Origin: Camelus dromedarius
Lineage: Eukaryota
Length of the DNA: 64,000 bases
Direction of reading: 5' to 3'
Assembly: GCF_036321535.1 (NCBI RefSeq)
Contig: NC_087459.1
Span: 5,890,001-5,954,000 of the forward strand
In this document: positions 12,325-25,334 of the stretch, one piece after another
How the letters are laid out: the number at the start of each line of letters is the position of its first letter
How positions within the stretch are numbered: position 1 is the stretch's first letter
Notes under the pieces: generated by a model
Seen by the model: the letters and a program-made list of their open reading frames with translations, nothing else
The model's database searches: none
Told to the model about the DNA's origin: nothing
Translations under genes and position numbers: made by a program

Positions 12325-12560
12325 TTTTATTCATTCAACATTATTGACTGGTATTCATTCAACATTATTGACTGGGTACCCGATACATGGCAGGCACTGG
12401 GCTGGGCACTGGGATAGAGGAGTTTCTGCCTTCAGGAGCTTAGAGACCAGGAGAGGACACCCGCAGGCCTCTAAGAATCTCCACGGTGAAAGTAAAGTCA
12501 CAACCATGGCAAGAGCTGGAAGACAAGGACCCTTGTCCCCAAGAAAGCCTATGACAGAGA
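12325..12560 (-). mobile_element. L2 3' end
   Basis: tattcattcaacattattgactgg...catggcaggcactgggctgggcactggg...ctgccttcaggagcttag. Confidence 0.7.
12328..12375. repeat. Perfect 24-bp tandem duplication
   Basis: tattcattcaacattattgactgg at 12328-12351 and 12352-12375. Confidence 0.95.
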
Positions 12561-13304
12561 AACACAACCGAGGCACAAATGACTAGACAACCTGCTTAAC
12601 TTCTGGTGGATTCCTAAATCAATTCTCTTAGAATTCAAGTTCTCAGATGCTGCCAACCTCATTTTCCCATAGCTCTCTAACTACAGAAAATAGGATTGAA
12701 ATGCAGAAAATCAGAACTTTTACGGGTATAACACACACTGCAAAATGTTTTCAGGTAAGTGCCTCTAGACAAGGACTTCTGTCTGATTTTTCTTTGTCAT
12801 TCACAATGCCTGACTCATAAGAACTACTCAATAAATATTTGTTTAATGAAACTAACAACTTGAAAGGAAGTGAAAAAAAAAAACCCACCAGTCCATTTGC
12901 TAGAACATTAGAGCAAAAAATGACAATAAGTTTCAGTGAAAGGTAATCATGCATAAGTATTCCAATAAAATTCAGATTTGGGTTTTATATAAAAACGAAA
13001 TGAGATTCTTTATGACTGAAAATCACAGGAAGCCCCACAGGCATGTAGAGATGGGTAGGAGCCACCATTACTTCTGTCACTATTGACTAACAAGCTGAAC
13101 CTCATTGAACTTCTGAGACGGAACTAAACAGTCCTATTCACAATCATCTGATTGCTTGGAGGCACATTACCTGTGATTCATAGTCTTCAGCTCAATCCAC
13201 CCACTTTCGGCAAAATACTGACTCAGCCAAGGCCAGGGTCCCACCCAGACAGCTGCAAGCATAGCGTTCTTTCAGATCAGCATTTTGTCTGATGCCCAGT
13301 GACT

Positions 13305-13765
13305 AGGGAGGACATCATTGCTGGTTGCCCAGAATTCATCCCATCTTCCTTCTCAGTTTTATTTTAGGGACCAACCTTCCACTCCCCCGTTTCCATGTGG
13401 TTCAGATCCAGCTGACTGCAAAGTTCACCTCCACCTTCAAAGATGGTCCCATGACCAGTTCTGATCAGTCGGTATATCCCATTTTTCTGTCCATGGTCAT
13501 CAGTTAAGGGATCGATATATGACGTAAGGCCACCCACTAGGCCCCAATCTTGGTGCTTCCATGTGAACTACTGGAAAAGGTGGCTTTCTTTTCACTGGGG
13601 TTCCCAAAGATGGTAGGCTGAAGTTGCTGGTGATCATCTTTGTCAAGAGCGGAATCCACTTGGCAATCAACACAACAGAAGGGAAACTAGTTATTTGAGT
13701 CTATAAATGACCTCTTTGCCTTAAATCAGTTGGAGTGAGGTTTCTGGTATTTTCAAATAAGAGTC
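13305..13765 (+). mobile_element. Old MLT1 (J/K-like) LTR
   Basis: tggttgcccagaattcatccc...catgtggttcagatccagctgac...ttaaatcagttggagtgaggtttctgg. Confidence 0.5.
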
Positions 13766-13811
13766 AGCATGAGAAAGCACCAATGGTACAATTTATACAG
13801 TTCTGGCCAAC

Positions 13812-14003
13812 CAGGACTGCCAGAGTGAGCAAATACAAATACACAATGCCTAGCTAAATATGAATTTCAGACGGACAGCCAAAAGTAGTAATATAAGCAT
13901 TCTCCATGTGATAGGTGCGGCATATTTGCTAATAAAAAATTATTCTTCATCCCTCTGGAATTCAAATGCAACTGAACACCCCACGTCTCATCTGGCAATC
14001 CTA
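13812..14003. mobile_element. MER53-like palindromic MITE
   Basis: Terminal inverted repeats aggactgccaga (13813-13824) and tctggcaatcct (13991-14002), 11/12 complementary; inner arms tgaatttcaga and tctggaattca; length ~192 bp. Confidence 0.75.
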
Positions 14004-14179
14004 CACTCAGGGAAGTTGGAGGCCTGGTTTCAAACCTAAGGTGGCCAGCCACTTACTGTGTGCCCTGAAACGTATCATCCCCTGTAAGGTTTGTGTCTTT
14101 CCTGGTACGCTTCACAGGGGACGCAAATAAACTAAATCATTATGAAAACCTAAATAAATCTGCCCTGCAGACGGGCCCA

Positions 14180-14600
14180 TTTCAGCAAGAATACTCAGCT
14201 GCAAGTAACAGAAGAGGCCCAAATGGGTTTATAAATAAGCCCATCTATTACCTCGCAGACTGAGATGTAAGAGGGGAGGGCGACTCAGGCTGGAGAGGTT
14301 GTTGGCGGCAACATGTCGTTCCCTCTCGCTCCTCCACCCGCCTTAGCACATCCCTTGGTTGATGGGCTGGCTCTTCTCAGTCACCTGATGGACACAACAT
14401 CTTCCTCCATAACCACGTCAAGAGTCAAAAAATAAATATTCTCTTCCCCATGTTTCTTGTAAGATCAAGGAAACATCTCACAGGCAGCCCCCAGTAGAAA
14501 TCTTTACATCCAATGGCCAACAACAAGGTCACATATCTCCCTCATCAAATGACTAGAAAAGAAATATTCTATAATTGATCAAAGCTAACCATGATTCACT
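14180..14600 (-). mobile_element. Old MLT1 (K/L-like) LTR
   Basis: tcagcaagaatactcagctgcaagtaacagaag...caatggccaacaacaaggtcacat. Confidence 0.45.
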
Positions 14601-14839
14601 TCCTGAGGCTAGTAGAAGCTCCTGTGAAACATGGGGCTCCCCAATCCTTTAATAAAATTGGTGTTCTACTAGCTGGGGAGAAGGGGCGTGACGGTTGGGG
14701 AGGTTATCTACAGCATCTGAATGCTCTTGCATTTCTTCATGTGTCCCAAGAAGTAACAGAACCTTTTTGAGGGGTGTCCCATAACAGAATGTTGATTTTA
14801 AAAATATTTTTAGCAACTTAGATAGAATAATGGAATGAT

Positions 14840-15060
14840 AATGAACTCTAGGTAAAGAAAGATCTGGGTTTGAATTCTACCTAGGTTACTACTTCTGGGA
14901 CCACAAGCAAATAAATCCCTTCCTTTTGATCATCCCCAGTCTCCTGGAAAACGAAGTCCCTATTTTAAAGATTGTTGAAAGGATAAAATGACACCATGCA
15001 GGGCAGGCATTTACCAGAGTGCCTGGCACAGAATGAATTTCTAAAATCAGTTGCTAATAT
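14840..15060 (+). mobile_element. MIR
   Basis: agatctgggtttgaattctacc...aggataaaatgacacc...agagtgcctggcacagaat. Confidence 0.65.
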
Positions 15061-15758
15061 CATCTTAAAATGCTCAGCAAGAGCAATAATCTAAGAACCT
15101 CTCCCAAAGTGAAAAGCAAAGTTGATTCTTTTAAATGGGTGAGTTCCTAGGAAAGGGAGGCCCTGGTGATTCCCACATGGAGATCTCCCTTCTTAACCAC
15201 CTGTCATCTTCCAATCAGACTCCAGGGGGACCACTTCAAAGGGTCTGAGTCTGCGTCATTGTATGTGGAGTTACAGTTGGTTGGAGAGAAATGGCTGCCC
15301 ATTACAGTTTGCTTTGAGACCTCTATGTCATTTCATACAGGCCACTGAGCAACTGGCAGATGGCAATGCCTTCTAGTCACTACCAACTTGGGACATTTCT
15401 CGACCAGTAAACTGGAGGTGAAACACTCCTTCTCCCATTACCAAGCCCTCAAAGTGGTTTACATGAACAAGGGGAAATCTACCTTCTGGATCATAAAACA
15501 TATGCTGCTTGTTCCAAGGTCTCTGCTTACTCAGCAGATAGATGATCCTTCTGGTCTCATTCGGTTTCTAAGTTTGCAGGCCAGACTGCCATGATGAATT
15601 CCTCAATAGTCCAAACTCCAAAACATTTGACCCTGAATTGCACAGTTGTCTTTTGTTTTAATATGAAGCCGCCATTCCACATCTTAGTTTCCTATGGCTT
15701 GTCTCCTGGATACCCAAGAAGGACACGTGACGGATCTTCTTGTCTACAGCATCCACTG

Positions 15759-16147
15759 CATGATCAAGTTGGATTTACTCCAGGGACACAAGGATGGTTC
15801 AATATTCACAAATCAATCAGTGTGATACACCACATTAACAAAAGGGAAGGATAAAAAAAATCACATGATCATGTCAATAGACACAGAAAAAAGCATTTGA
15901 CAAAATTCAACATCCATTCCTGACAAAAACTCTCATCAAAGTGGGTACAGAGGGAATACACCTCAACATAATAATGGCCATTTATGACAAGCCCACAGCT
16001 AACATCCTAGACCACAGTGAAAAGCTAAAAGCCTGACCTCTAAATCCAGGAACAAGACAAGGATGTCCATGCTCGCTATTTCTATTTAACATAATATTGG
16101 AAGTCCTAGCCATAGTAATCAGACAAGAAAAATAAATAAAAGTCATC
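15759..16147 (+). mobile_element. Internal L1 ORF2 reverse-transcriptase fragment (decayed)
   Basis: Translates [29 protein letters not shown] and, after frameshifts, [26 protein letters not shown], both L1 RT motifs. No 3' UTR or tail. Confidence 0.92.
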
Positions 16148-16629
16148 TACTTATTTTGAAATGAGCAGGCAACCATGTGACATTGGGTAGGGCCCATGGT
16201 CACATAACTAATGAGAAAAAAGTTCACCCTCCATACATTCCAAATACTTACAGAATTATTTGACTAATATTTTCTTTGCTCAACCCTGCATCACATTTCC
16301 TCTTTGTCATTTATATCCACTCCCTTGGTGTCTCCCTTGTGGTTCCAACATCAGCAGTAGATCCCCTCCTTAAGGCAACAGCCATAATCCCTGAGGACGA
16401 GCAGATTTATTATCTTCATCATCACTATCTCCCACTCCCCTTCTTCCTACTTTCATTAAAGACCTCACAGACAAAAACACCTACACAGACCACAACAGAT
16501 TCACTATCTGATTTATTCAGATGCAATGCCCTGCCCACTCTTTATCTGCCCAACGGTCATATTGCTGGTTTGGCATGGAATACCCTGACCTATAATCACC
16601 ATTACAGGAATCACTTAAATGACCTTTTT

Positions 16630-16795
16630 TGCAGCACCATCCTTATAACCACCTTATGAGGTAAACATCATCAGCCTCTTTTTAAAGATGAGCAACTGGA
16701 GGCTAAGAGATAAACAGTCCACACAATGTCACAGGCTTAATAAGAATCAGCATGAGACTTAGATCCAAGAGTGTCTAACTTCAAAACCCTTGCTG
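16630..16795 (-). mobile_element. MIR
   Basis: ccttataaccaccttatgaggtaaacatc...ttaaagatgagcaactggaggctaagaga...gtgtctaacttcaaaacc. Confidence 0.65.
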
Positions 16796-17300
16796 TCAAT
16801 CACCAGACACGCCCATGAGGGTTTCCAGGAGGTATGGACTTATCCCAAGTTTGAACCAATAGTCTGCACTCAAACAAGATAGAACTATACCCTTCTTGAG
16901 AAAGACTCATACTCAATACTCCTAATAGCAGGAAACACACCTAGACAAGGACTGAACCCACAATGAGGGAGGCACTGAACCAGTTTTTAAAACCAGTTAT
17001 TCATCTCCTTCCTCTGTGTTTCTTTGTCAATTCATGAGCCTTCAATATTCGTCTCATGTTGCCCAGGAAAGTTCCCTCTTCCCACCTTCCTTAAGACAGT
17101 GAACATTTTTGGACAGATGCTCTGCAAACAGGGACTCTCCTGCGGGTCTGTTTGCAGCTGGGGAAACACGGCCTCCCTCCCTGGGTGATGGGTCTGTGGG
17201 CCCACATGGATGATGCTGCTCACAGATCAGACATGATTTGAAGATGGGGGAGCCACAGACAACGCACAGTGCACAGCAATTTCCAGTCAAGCACCCGAAG

Positions 17301-17432
17301 NNNNNNNNNNNNNNNNNNNNNNNNNNNNNNNNNNNNNNNNNNNNNNNNNNNNNNNNNNNNNNNNNNNNNNNNNNNNNNNNNNNNNNNNNNNNNNNNNNNN
17401 NNNNNNNNNNNNNNNNNNNNNNNNNNNNNNNN
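17301..17432. other. Sequence gap (132 N)
   Basis: Run of N. Confidence 0.99.
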
Positions 17433-18774
17433 CTGACTTTCATCTTATGCCAGAAGCTGCTTTCTGAATTATGGCAGCCTTTCTGCTTCCACCTTGAAGT
17501 AAACAGGCCTCTGGGAGGTTCAACAGCCACTTAAGACTTTTCTTTGCATATTTGGATGAAGAAAACAGCAGCTAGCAGAAGAGAGAGAGAGCGGGAAAGA
17601 GAGAGAGCAAGAGTGAAAATGTCGGGCTGGGGAGAGCAGAGAGGGAAAGAGCCAAGCTGTCCTCAGCTGCTTCTTCCTCTAAATTAATCATCAAAGCCCC
17701 AATTAATTATGTTACTCCACTGGACTGACTCAGACAATATTACACCACCATATATTTCACATTTTAATATGATGTATGATTTTATTAGTGTATTCCATCA
17801 ACTCTGATGGAAACCTAAGTCTTCAGGATTTTTTTTTTTTCCCTTCTTGGCCAATAAAGGAAAACCATAAAGGACATTACAAATTTGAACAAAGTTTGGG
17901 AAGTGTGAAAATCATTTAGAAACCCAAGAAATGGCTATTCACATTTGCAACAGCAGTTCATTAGCGTCCAGCCATTCAGTCCTCTGAATTAAAGCATATT
18001 TTCTCTTTTTGAACAAGCAGCATTCTATGCCATCCTATTAATTTCCTTTTATGGATTCCAAGGTGCGTTTCCGCCAAGATTCCGCAGAACCATAAAATGC
18101 AGACATGCCTTGTTAATTTTCCCCCATCAAGGAAAAGGAGGGGGACCTGGAAAACAAATCTATTCCGCACTATCTCGTACCCACTCTGTGTTGTTCCTGG
18201 CTCATGGCAGTGTCTGCATGACTTCATTAATATCTCCTCTTCTCCTAACAAACAAACTGGTTTCTATTAAGGAGAGTGATATTTGGGCTGTGATCTATTA
18301 AATGCACAAAGACAGGGAATTGCATGAAAGACTGATATTGAAATAACAATGATTCCTGAAAAGCAGTGGTTTATGATGGGTTCTTCACGTCTGGCTGCAA
18401 GCTCAGAACACCTCCGATGGACGCTCAGTTCCTCTAGTACATACAGGAAGGGTATGGGAGGGACAGAGATTCACTGGGTGTGGACCTATTGAGTGTTGGT
18501 GAACAAGAAAACTAGTCATAGTTCTGTTCTCCAAACCTTACATGCCAGTGGGATTTCGTAGACTTTGCAGAAGTCTTCTCACTGAATGGGTCAGAAGGAT
18601 CCATCCTGGAGAATAAATAACAGAAACATCCAACCTGGGAGGAAGAGTCTGAGGGGGTTAGCCTGAAGTGGGGTGGGCAAGGTAGAAATTAAAGAGTGCA
18701 GGAAAAGGCAAATAATTCAACCACATGTCAGCACAACCAAAAGTTCATGGTGGAGAATAATCTCAGGTGTGAAA

Positions 18775-19050
18775 AACTGACTCACTCATCTGAGAAATAT
18801 CTGAGCGCTCACTATGTGCCAGGCATGGACCTAGCTTGTAGGAACAGAGCCATAAACATGACTGACAAAATCTCTGCTCTCGTGGAGTTTACAATCCAGC
18901 GGTGGAGAGGAAGGAAAAAGGTAATAAATATCATGAAGAAGATGATTTCAGTGAGTGTCTTGTGAATGAAATCAATACAATAATGAGAGAGCATAAAAGC
19001 AGACAGAACCTCTTGGGAGGTGGCCTGAAAAGAGCCAGTCCACTTGGGTC
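18775..19050 (-). mobile_element. L2 3' end
   Basis: tcactcatctgagaaatatctgagcgctcactatgtgccaggc...gacaaaatctctgctctcgtggagtttacaatc. Confidence 0.75.
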
Positions 19051-20050
19051 ATTTCTGAGAGAAAAGAGAAAACAGAGACAGTCAATACAGACGCTGATTT
19101 TATTATTATTATTCTCAATGGAAAAGAGGCAGGAAGGAACTTGCAGGTCCCCTCCTTGGCACTGTTGTCTCTGCAGGCCTTGGGATGCCCTCAACTTCAA
19201 TGCCTCTCTTCTGGAGCTGCCAGCCCTTTGGATGTAGATCAACGGTTGTTTTCACCCTACGTGAGGTAGTCCCCCTCAGAGCCATCTGTGTGAACTTCCT
19301 GGGGAGTCTATGTTAATCTGAAGGTTGAGAACCCCAGGTGCAAAAATCCCCCATGACCCCCCTCTCCAGACCTCTCTGACCGCACCCCAAGCATCTTCTC
19401 CATCAACCTTAACTATCACCTCTAAGCTACTCACATCCCACAGTCTCCTCTGACCAGGAGTCCTGTGTTCCTTGTAATCAACCATCCCAACACCCTCACC
19501 CTGCAGCACACAGCACAGACCTCTAGGCTCACTGAGCTGACAGAGATAATGTGGACGTTTGGGGAGCTATGGTTTTGAATGTCAGTGACCCCATAAAATT
19601 CTGACATTATCAGTGTACCCATATCTGCACCACGGTTACTGCTGAATAAACCTTTTGTTCGGTGCACTTCATCATGACTTATTTGTAGAGCAGTTTCCAC
19701 TTGGAAAACTGCTTTCACAAGGACTCTCATTTTACCAAGCTATTACACCATAAATGTTCCTCCAATACTATCTGTCCTTCCAGCACTGCCAAAGGGCAGC
19801 TAAGAGGGTTGAATATCTTTTCTTCAGTCTTCAAAGTAATCAAAGGATTATTTGCTTCCCTTGGGGGTGTGGCTATGTAGAATGGAGGGAGAGAGACTAG
19901 AAAAGTATCAGCATTTTCCATTTTGCCTAACCCAGGGGAGCAGAAACACACAGCTATAAAGACATGGAAGGAAAAGAATTAACGCATACTTAGTCTCCAC
20001 CTCATTCAAGGGACCCTAATAGGTGCTGTTTCCACCTAATCTCATCAAAT

Positions 20051-20210
20051 CAGGACCAGCTGCATGATTTGTGAGGCCGGACACAGAATGAAAAAGTAGG
20101 GCCCATTATTCAAAAATTATTAAGGATTTCAAGATGGCAACTTCAAACCATGAACCCAAGCAATGGTGCTTCTAAGAGCAGAGACTTGAATCAATGCACT
20201 GAATCCTCCC
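20051..20210. mobile_element. MER45A-like hAT MITE
   Basis: caggaccagctgcatgatttgtgaggcc...ttcaaaaattattaaggatttcaagatggc; same family as the split copy at 30601-31690. Confidence 0.65.
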
Positions 20211-20385
20211 AGAAAAACTTATATCATCCCCTTTTTGCATATGATTCCAGGATAGGTAACCTGCCCAAGGACACAGTAGAAATTTAAAACCAGAGCCTGC
20301 CTGTACCCACAGAACCGCATAAGGAGTCACACACATTCACACAGAACTTAATTGATTTTACTCCAAAAATATGGAGGCCCCCAAA

Positions 20386-20533
20386 NNNNNNNNNNNNNNN
20401 NNNNNNNNNNNNNNNNNNNNNNNNNNNNNNNNNNNNNNNNNNNNNNNNNNNNNNNNNNNNNNNNNNNNNNNNNNNNNNNNNNNNNNNNNNNNNNNNNNNN
20501 NNNNNNNNNNNNNNNNNNNNNNNNNNNNNNNNN
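20386..20533. other. Sequence gap (148 N)
   Basis: Run of N. Confidence 0.99.
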
Positions 20534-20939
20534 TGGTTGAACAAATGAGGTTTGTGAGGCCCTCTTGCTTTCTTCTACTTTGTGAGCCTTGGAATTTTTT
20601 AATGAAAAATTTCATGGCACATGAATCATTAGTGGGGGAAACATACTAAAACCTGATTGCGTTATTGAATCCTAAAACTGCTCCAGATTAGACGAAACGA
20701 CTTCAAATCCCGAAGGACAACGTCCCAGCTCAACCCTTGTGGTTTTAATTGATAGGCAATCTCTGTCTGTCTTTCTCTATTAGATGAACCAAAGCACAGC
20801 AAATGAACTTCTCTTTGGATAGCTCCAGCTTTTCCTGGCTATGGGTCCAATTCCAGCATAGGGTCATTCACTTGGCAAGAAGTTATTCCAAAGGCATCCA
20901 GGTACCACTTCTGTGCCAGGATCTTGCCTTGGCACACGG

Positions 20940-21480
20940 ATGGTAAGCAGAGACACTTGGATCGGTCCTAACTGGAGCGGGTGTTCTTCTGTTAAGGGGG
21001 CTTGACTTGAGGGTGAGACTCAAAGAATAACAAGCCATCTATGCAAGTAGTGGGAAGATGAGCATTCAAAGGGTTGGGGAGGGAACAAAACTTGAAGGCT
21101 AGAACTTGCTAAAAAGACTTTGGGGAATAGAGAGGAGACTGAAGCACACTGGCCATGGGCGTGTCACAAGCAGATCTCCAATTCAGAAATCAGACTTTGG
21201 CTGCTGCTAACGGAAGGGTGTAGGGGTGGCAGGAGTGATCAGGCAGATGAGCTGGGGAGACCACTGCAGAAGACCATGACAGAGGGTACCCAGACAAGGC
21301 TAGCAGCGACAGAGACGATCAGACCTGGATGGACTGGAGAGTCTTCTGAAGGTGGATCAGCAGTCAAGGCTGACGGACGGAAGGGGAAAGAAGGAATCAA
21401 TAATGATGTCTAGGTCTTTAGCTGAGCAACAGAGCAGATGGTGGTGCCCTTTACAAAGATGGGAACAATTTTGGGGTGGA
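20940..21480 (-). mobile_element. L2
   Basis: aagcagagacacttggatcggtcc...ggagtggcaggagtgatcaggcag-like segment...gatggtggtgccctttacaaagatgggaac. Confidence 0.55.
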
Positions 21481-22678
21481 GTTGGTAGGGGTGGCTGCTG
21501 AGTTTAACCTGCCATGTCAAAGGAAGCCCTCTCTAAGTATGCTAGCCTTTCCATTTTTCTGTTTTTCCCAACCTTGACTCTATCTTGAGGGCCATTTCAT
21601 TCTAATATCTCCTGCACATGCACCCTTCTAGTTTTAACTGTTGTGTATTTTTGAGGTAGCTATTGTTGGGGATCTTTGAATTCTCCAGGAGGCTCTGTAT
21701 CTATAGATGGACGGACAGAAAGAAACACTCTGGTTTTGACCCGTGGATGAACCAGAATTCCGGAGAACTGTTTAGCTAGTCATTTTTATAGAACTGTGTC
21801 CCAGGAGTCCAGAATTCAACCCCAGCCTGGGCGTCTGGGGTTGGAGCACTATATAGAAAAGGGTGGTGTTAGTTCATACTTTGGGATTAGAGGAAGCCAA
21901 AGTGTCCTACATTTGTGGGAGTGCAGAAAAGCAAGGAAAAATATGAAAAAAAAAATTTCAAAAGGCTAACCAGTGGAAAAAAAAGAGAGTTTATAGCCAG
22001 CAAGAGAAAAAGAATTTTTAGGAAAGTAGGGGTCTGAAGAGGTCCTTCTAGGTAACAGCTGTCACGGGATGGAGTGGGAGGTTATTAAGGAAGCATTTCT
22101 CCAACTTTGATTAGAAATGAGGCTGGAGTCTCTGTCACTTTAACCAGCTCCCAGGTGAGGCCGAGGCTCCTGGGTGACAGAGAACCCTGGGAGTAATGAA
22201 GTTTTATTGGACTGCCATTGGGAGAAAGGGTTGGGGAGCCCCAAAGGCAATTGCTAAGGAAAAATCCATGAACAGCTAGACGGATACCACACTTTAAAAC
22301 CACCCGTCATTTCTTCATACCTACTAGTTACAGACAGTGGCATGGTCCGTGTTCCTCCGATAACAGGTCACTAAAAGCTCAAATAATACTCAGAGGATGC
22401 TGGCACCCCTTTCTGGAAGATACAAAGACTCAGGACATTTAGGTAAATCCATAATCCATGGCAAAGCCGGAGATGCCACCTTTTCTTTTAAATAACAGAT
22501 TAATTGAGATGTAATTCACGTACCAAAAAGTTCACCCTTGGGAAGTTCATGGGTCCTTATTCTATGCCCAGTATCATTCTCTGGACTTTATATTTATAAT
22601 TTCCTGGGCGAGAATCAGTTGCTTACTATCTCTCCAAGCAGCAGTAGGTATCAGCGGCTACCAGGAACTCAGCAACGG

Positions 22679-22895
22679 CAGGAGTTCTCAACCCAGCAAG
22701 TCTGCGCCCCCCTCCTGCTCGCCCCCAGGGGACATTCACCATTGTCCTGAGGCACTTTGGACTGTCACACCTGGAAAGGGATTTTACTGTTCCCTGGTGC
22801 TGCTAAGCATCCTTCAGTGACCAGGACAGCCCCCTCCCCGCCCATCAATGATCTGGACCCAAACGCCCATAGTGTTGACACTGAAAAAATTCTGA
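22679..22895 (+). mobile_element. MER20 hAT MITE
   Basis: caggagttctcaacc...cccccaggggacatt...gctgctaagcatccttcagtgaccaggacagcccc...atagtgttgacactgaaaaattctg. Confidence 0.75.
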
Positions 22896-25334
22896 TCTAG
22901 AATTTCACAGTCTAAATTCAACTTATTTTCAATGGTTGCCAATGAGATAAGCCAAAAAGAAAGACGCAAATAATATTTTTTTTTCAGTATGTTTTAAATA
23001 GAAGCATCAATTCACACCTGCCCTGAGCATCCAGGAAGTCCCTGCTGCCCTGAAACCAGTCCTTCCAGGCTGTTCCTGCTCTGCCCTCTCCCACAGCCCC
23101 GACCTAGGGCGTTGCTCCCCAGGGAGATGAGAATTCAGTAAGTGTTCGCTGCTGCCGTCATGTGGGTGAAAGGAAGGGTCAAAAAGGTGGTTCCTGGCTT
23201 CCTAAGCACCCTGGTTAGTACATTGCTCGCATCCCCACATGAGCCAATTAGCTTGACTCTGTGATATGGCTTTAGACTATTGTCTTAACCTAAACCCTGC
23301 TACCTTACAAATAAATGCCTTTAGTTACACAGGGAACCCCAGAAGAATATGTAGCTGAATCCCTGCAAATCTATCCTCAATCAGGTGAAAAAAATCAGTC
23401 CAAAAACCTGTACTAGGAGTGGGGCAGTATTGACGGAGCTGTATGTATGGAGTGGCCACACCGTGAACTATTTTGAAGATGACAAAGCCTGGCTGACTTC
23501 TTTCTTTCCTTCACCAAGTGTAACGAGCCTCTCTGGCATACTGTTACTGGCTTAAGGCTTTTTAAGAATCAACAGAAAATCCAGACATGAGAGACTCCCA
23601 GTTGAAGGTTAGGGAAAAAAACACTTAGGTTCTCTGAAAGGGGGAATGAATTGTTTTAGCTTGAAAACAAGAACTGAGAACAATATGAAACATGCTAAAG
23701 AAAACTCAGGGTCTTGTCTCACTGATTCACAGCCCCGATGCCCTCTGCTTTGCTTGGTTCCTCCAAAAGGAATCCCATTTATCAGAATACAAAGCATGTA
23801 GCCTTCATTCCAATGAGGCAATCAACTCAACAGGTACTGCAGGACAAAAGACATATTCTGCCAAGCGCTTGCATGGAAGGAGCGATTCACAATTTGTTCC
23901 AATAAGTACGTAAAGTCAAGTGTCAAGCATCAAAAACATCTATCTGAGCCATTAGAAATTATGAGACTGCTGTTCGGAGGACCGTCTTATAATGGAATAT
24001 CCATCAAGGCCAAACAAAGGCACCGATCTGTACCCTCCCTTCTAAGAGATGTTGACAGCATCGTGCTTCTCAATGTAACGCCGATGTGGGCAGAAGCTCC
24101 AGCACAAGCCTTGACATGTGTCACCGCGTTTGGCTACAGATGCATTACAAGAAATTATATGGGATGCCATCAGAAAATTGAAAAACTGATGAGTCTTTCA
24201 CTTAGTTACTGTAATTCTTCAAAGCTATTCCAGTCTTGTGCAGAGTAGAAGCCCCTTACCACTCTGAAGCCTGACGGAGAAGACCGAACGAGGCTTTCAT
24301 TATGCTTTTAATAGGTTTGTTGGGAGGTCTCCTATTCAAAGGTACTCGAGGAGCATGATGGGTTGGATCTCTGCATTAAGAGATCTTCAAGGGGTAAAAC
24401 CAAAATGATACCCCGAATTTGCCACAAATAATGAATAGGATGCCTGTCTCTAGGTAGGGACAAGATGCCTAATAAATTACCTTTCACAGAAGATTGCAAA
24501 TAGAACTAATACTTGCCTAATTATGATTCCAGCAAGCTCAGGGTGGCATTCTAAGGGCCATCAGCTGTAGCATCTAACCTGTTGATCCACACCCCAGGAA
24601 TACTCGCCTTAAAACTAGAAAAGAAAAAACCAGTCTGCTACTTCATAAGACTTTGGGAGTAAACACTGAGCTCACCCCCCCCATCACTACCCATCATTAC
24701 CACCATTATCATCACGAAATCCTTCAAAGTACTTAGTAACTGTCAGCAGCACATGCAATGCATACATGACTTGGGGACAATTATTACTTCAAAGAAAGAA
24801 CAGAATCACTTAGATACTTAAGGAAAGTGTCCTTTGACTAAAATAAAAAGGCTACTTCTCAGTATCAAAAGGGGAAACAATTAGTCCACAGAGACATTTT
24901 CTTCCACAAACGAGGACAGCCTTCATTTTGTTAGCATTGGGGTCACTTCTTGAAAGGAAACCACAATAATGCACAGTGATTCAATGAAATAACACTTTGG
25001 GCCGTCCATCCAACTCATGAACTTAATAGTATGTTAAGATGAGGCACTTCTCTTCTGGTGCACAACCCCATCCATAATGGTTAAGAATAAAACATTCATT
25101 AAAACATTCATACACGAAAATCTCAACTCTCAACTCTGTTTCCATGGGAACCTGCAATACAACTTTCCAGCGCACTCAATGGCAGCTCCTTCCTCTTACA
25201 TGTCATTGCTGAAGAGTTTGTAAATGAAAATTTTAAGAGGGAAATCTTTGGACAAAGTGTTGCCTAGACACAGAAATAAGGGAGGGGGGCTTATGAGCTC
25301 TAGTTTCAGCTCTGTTATCCAAGATATTTACTTA

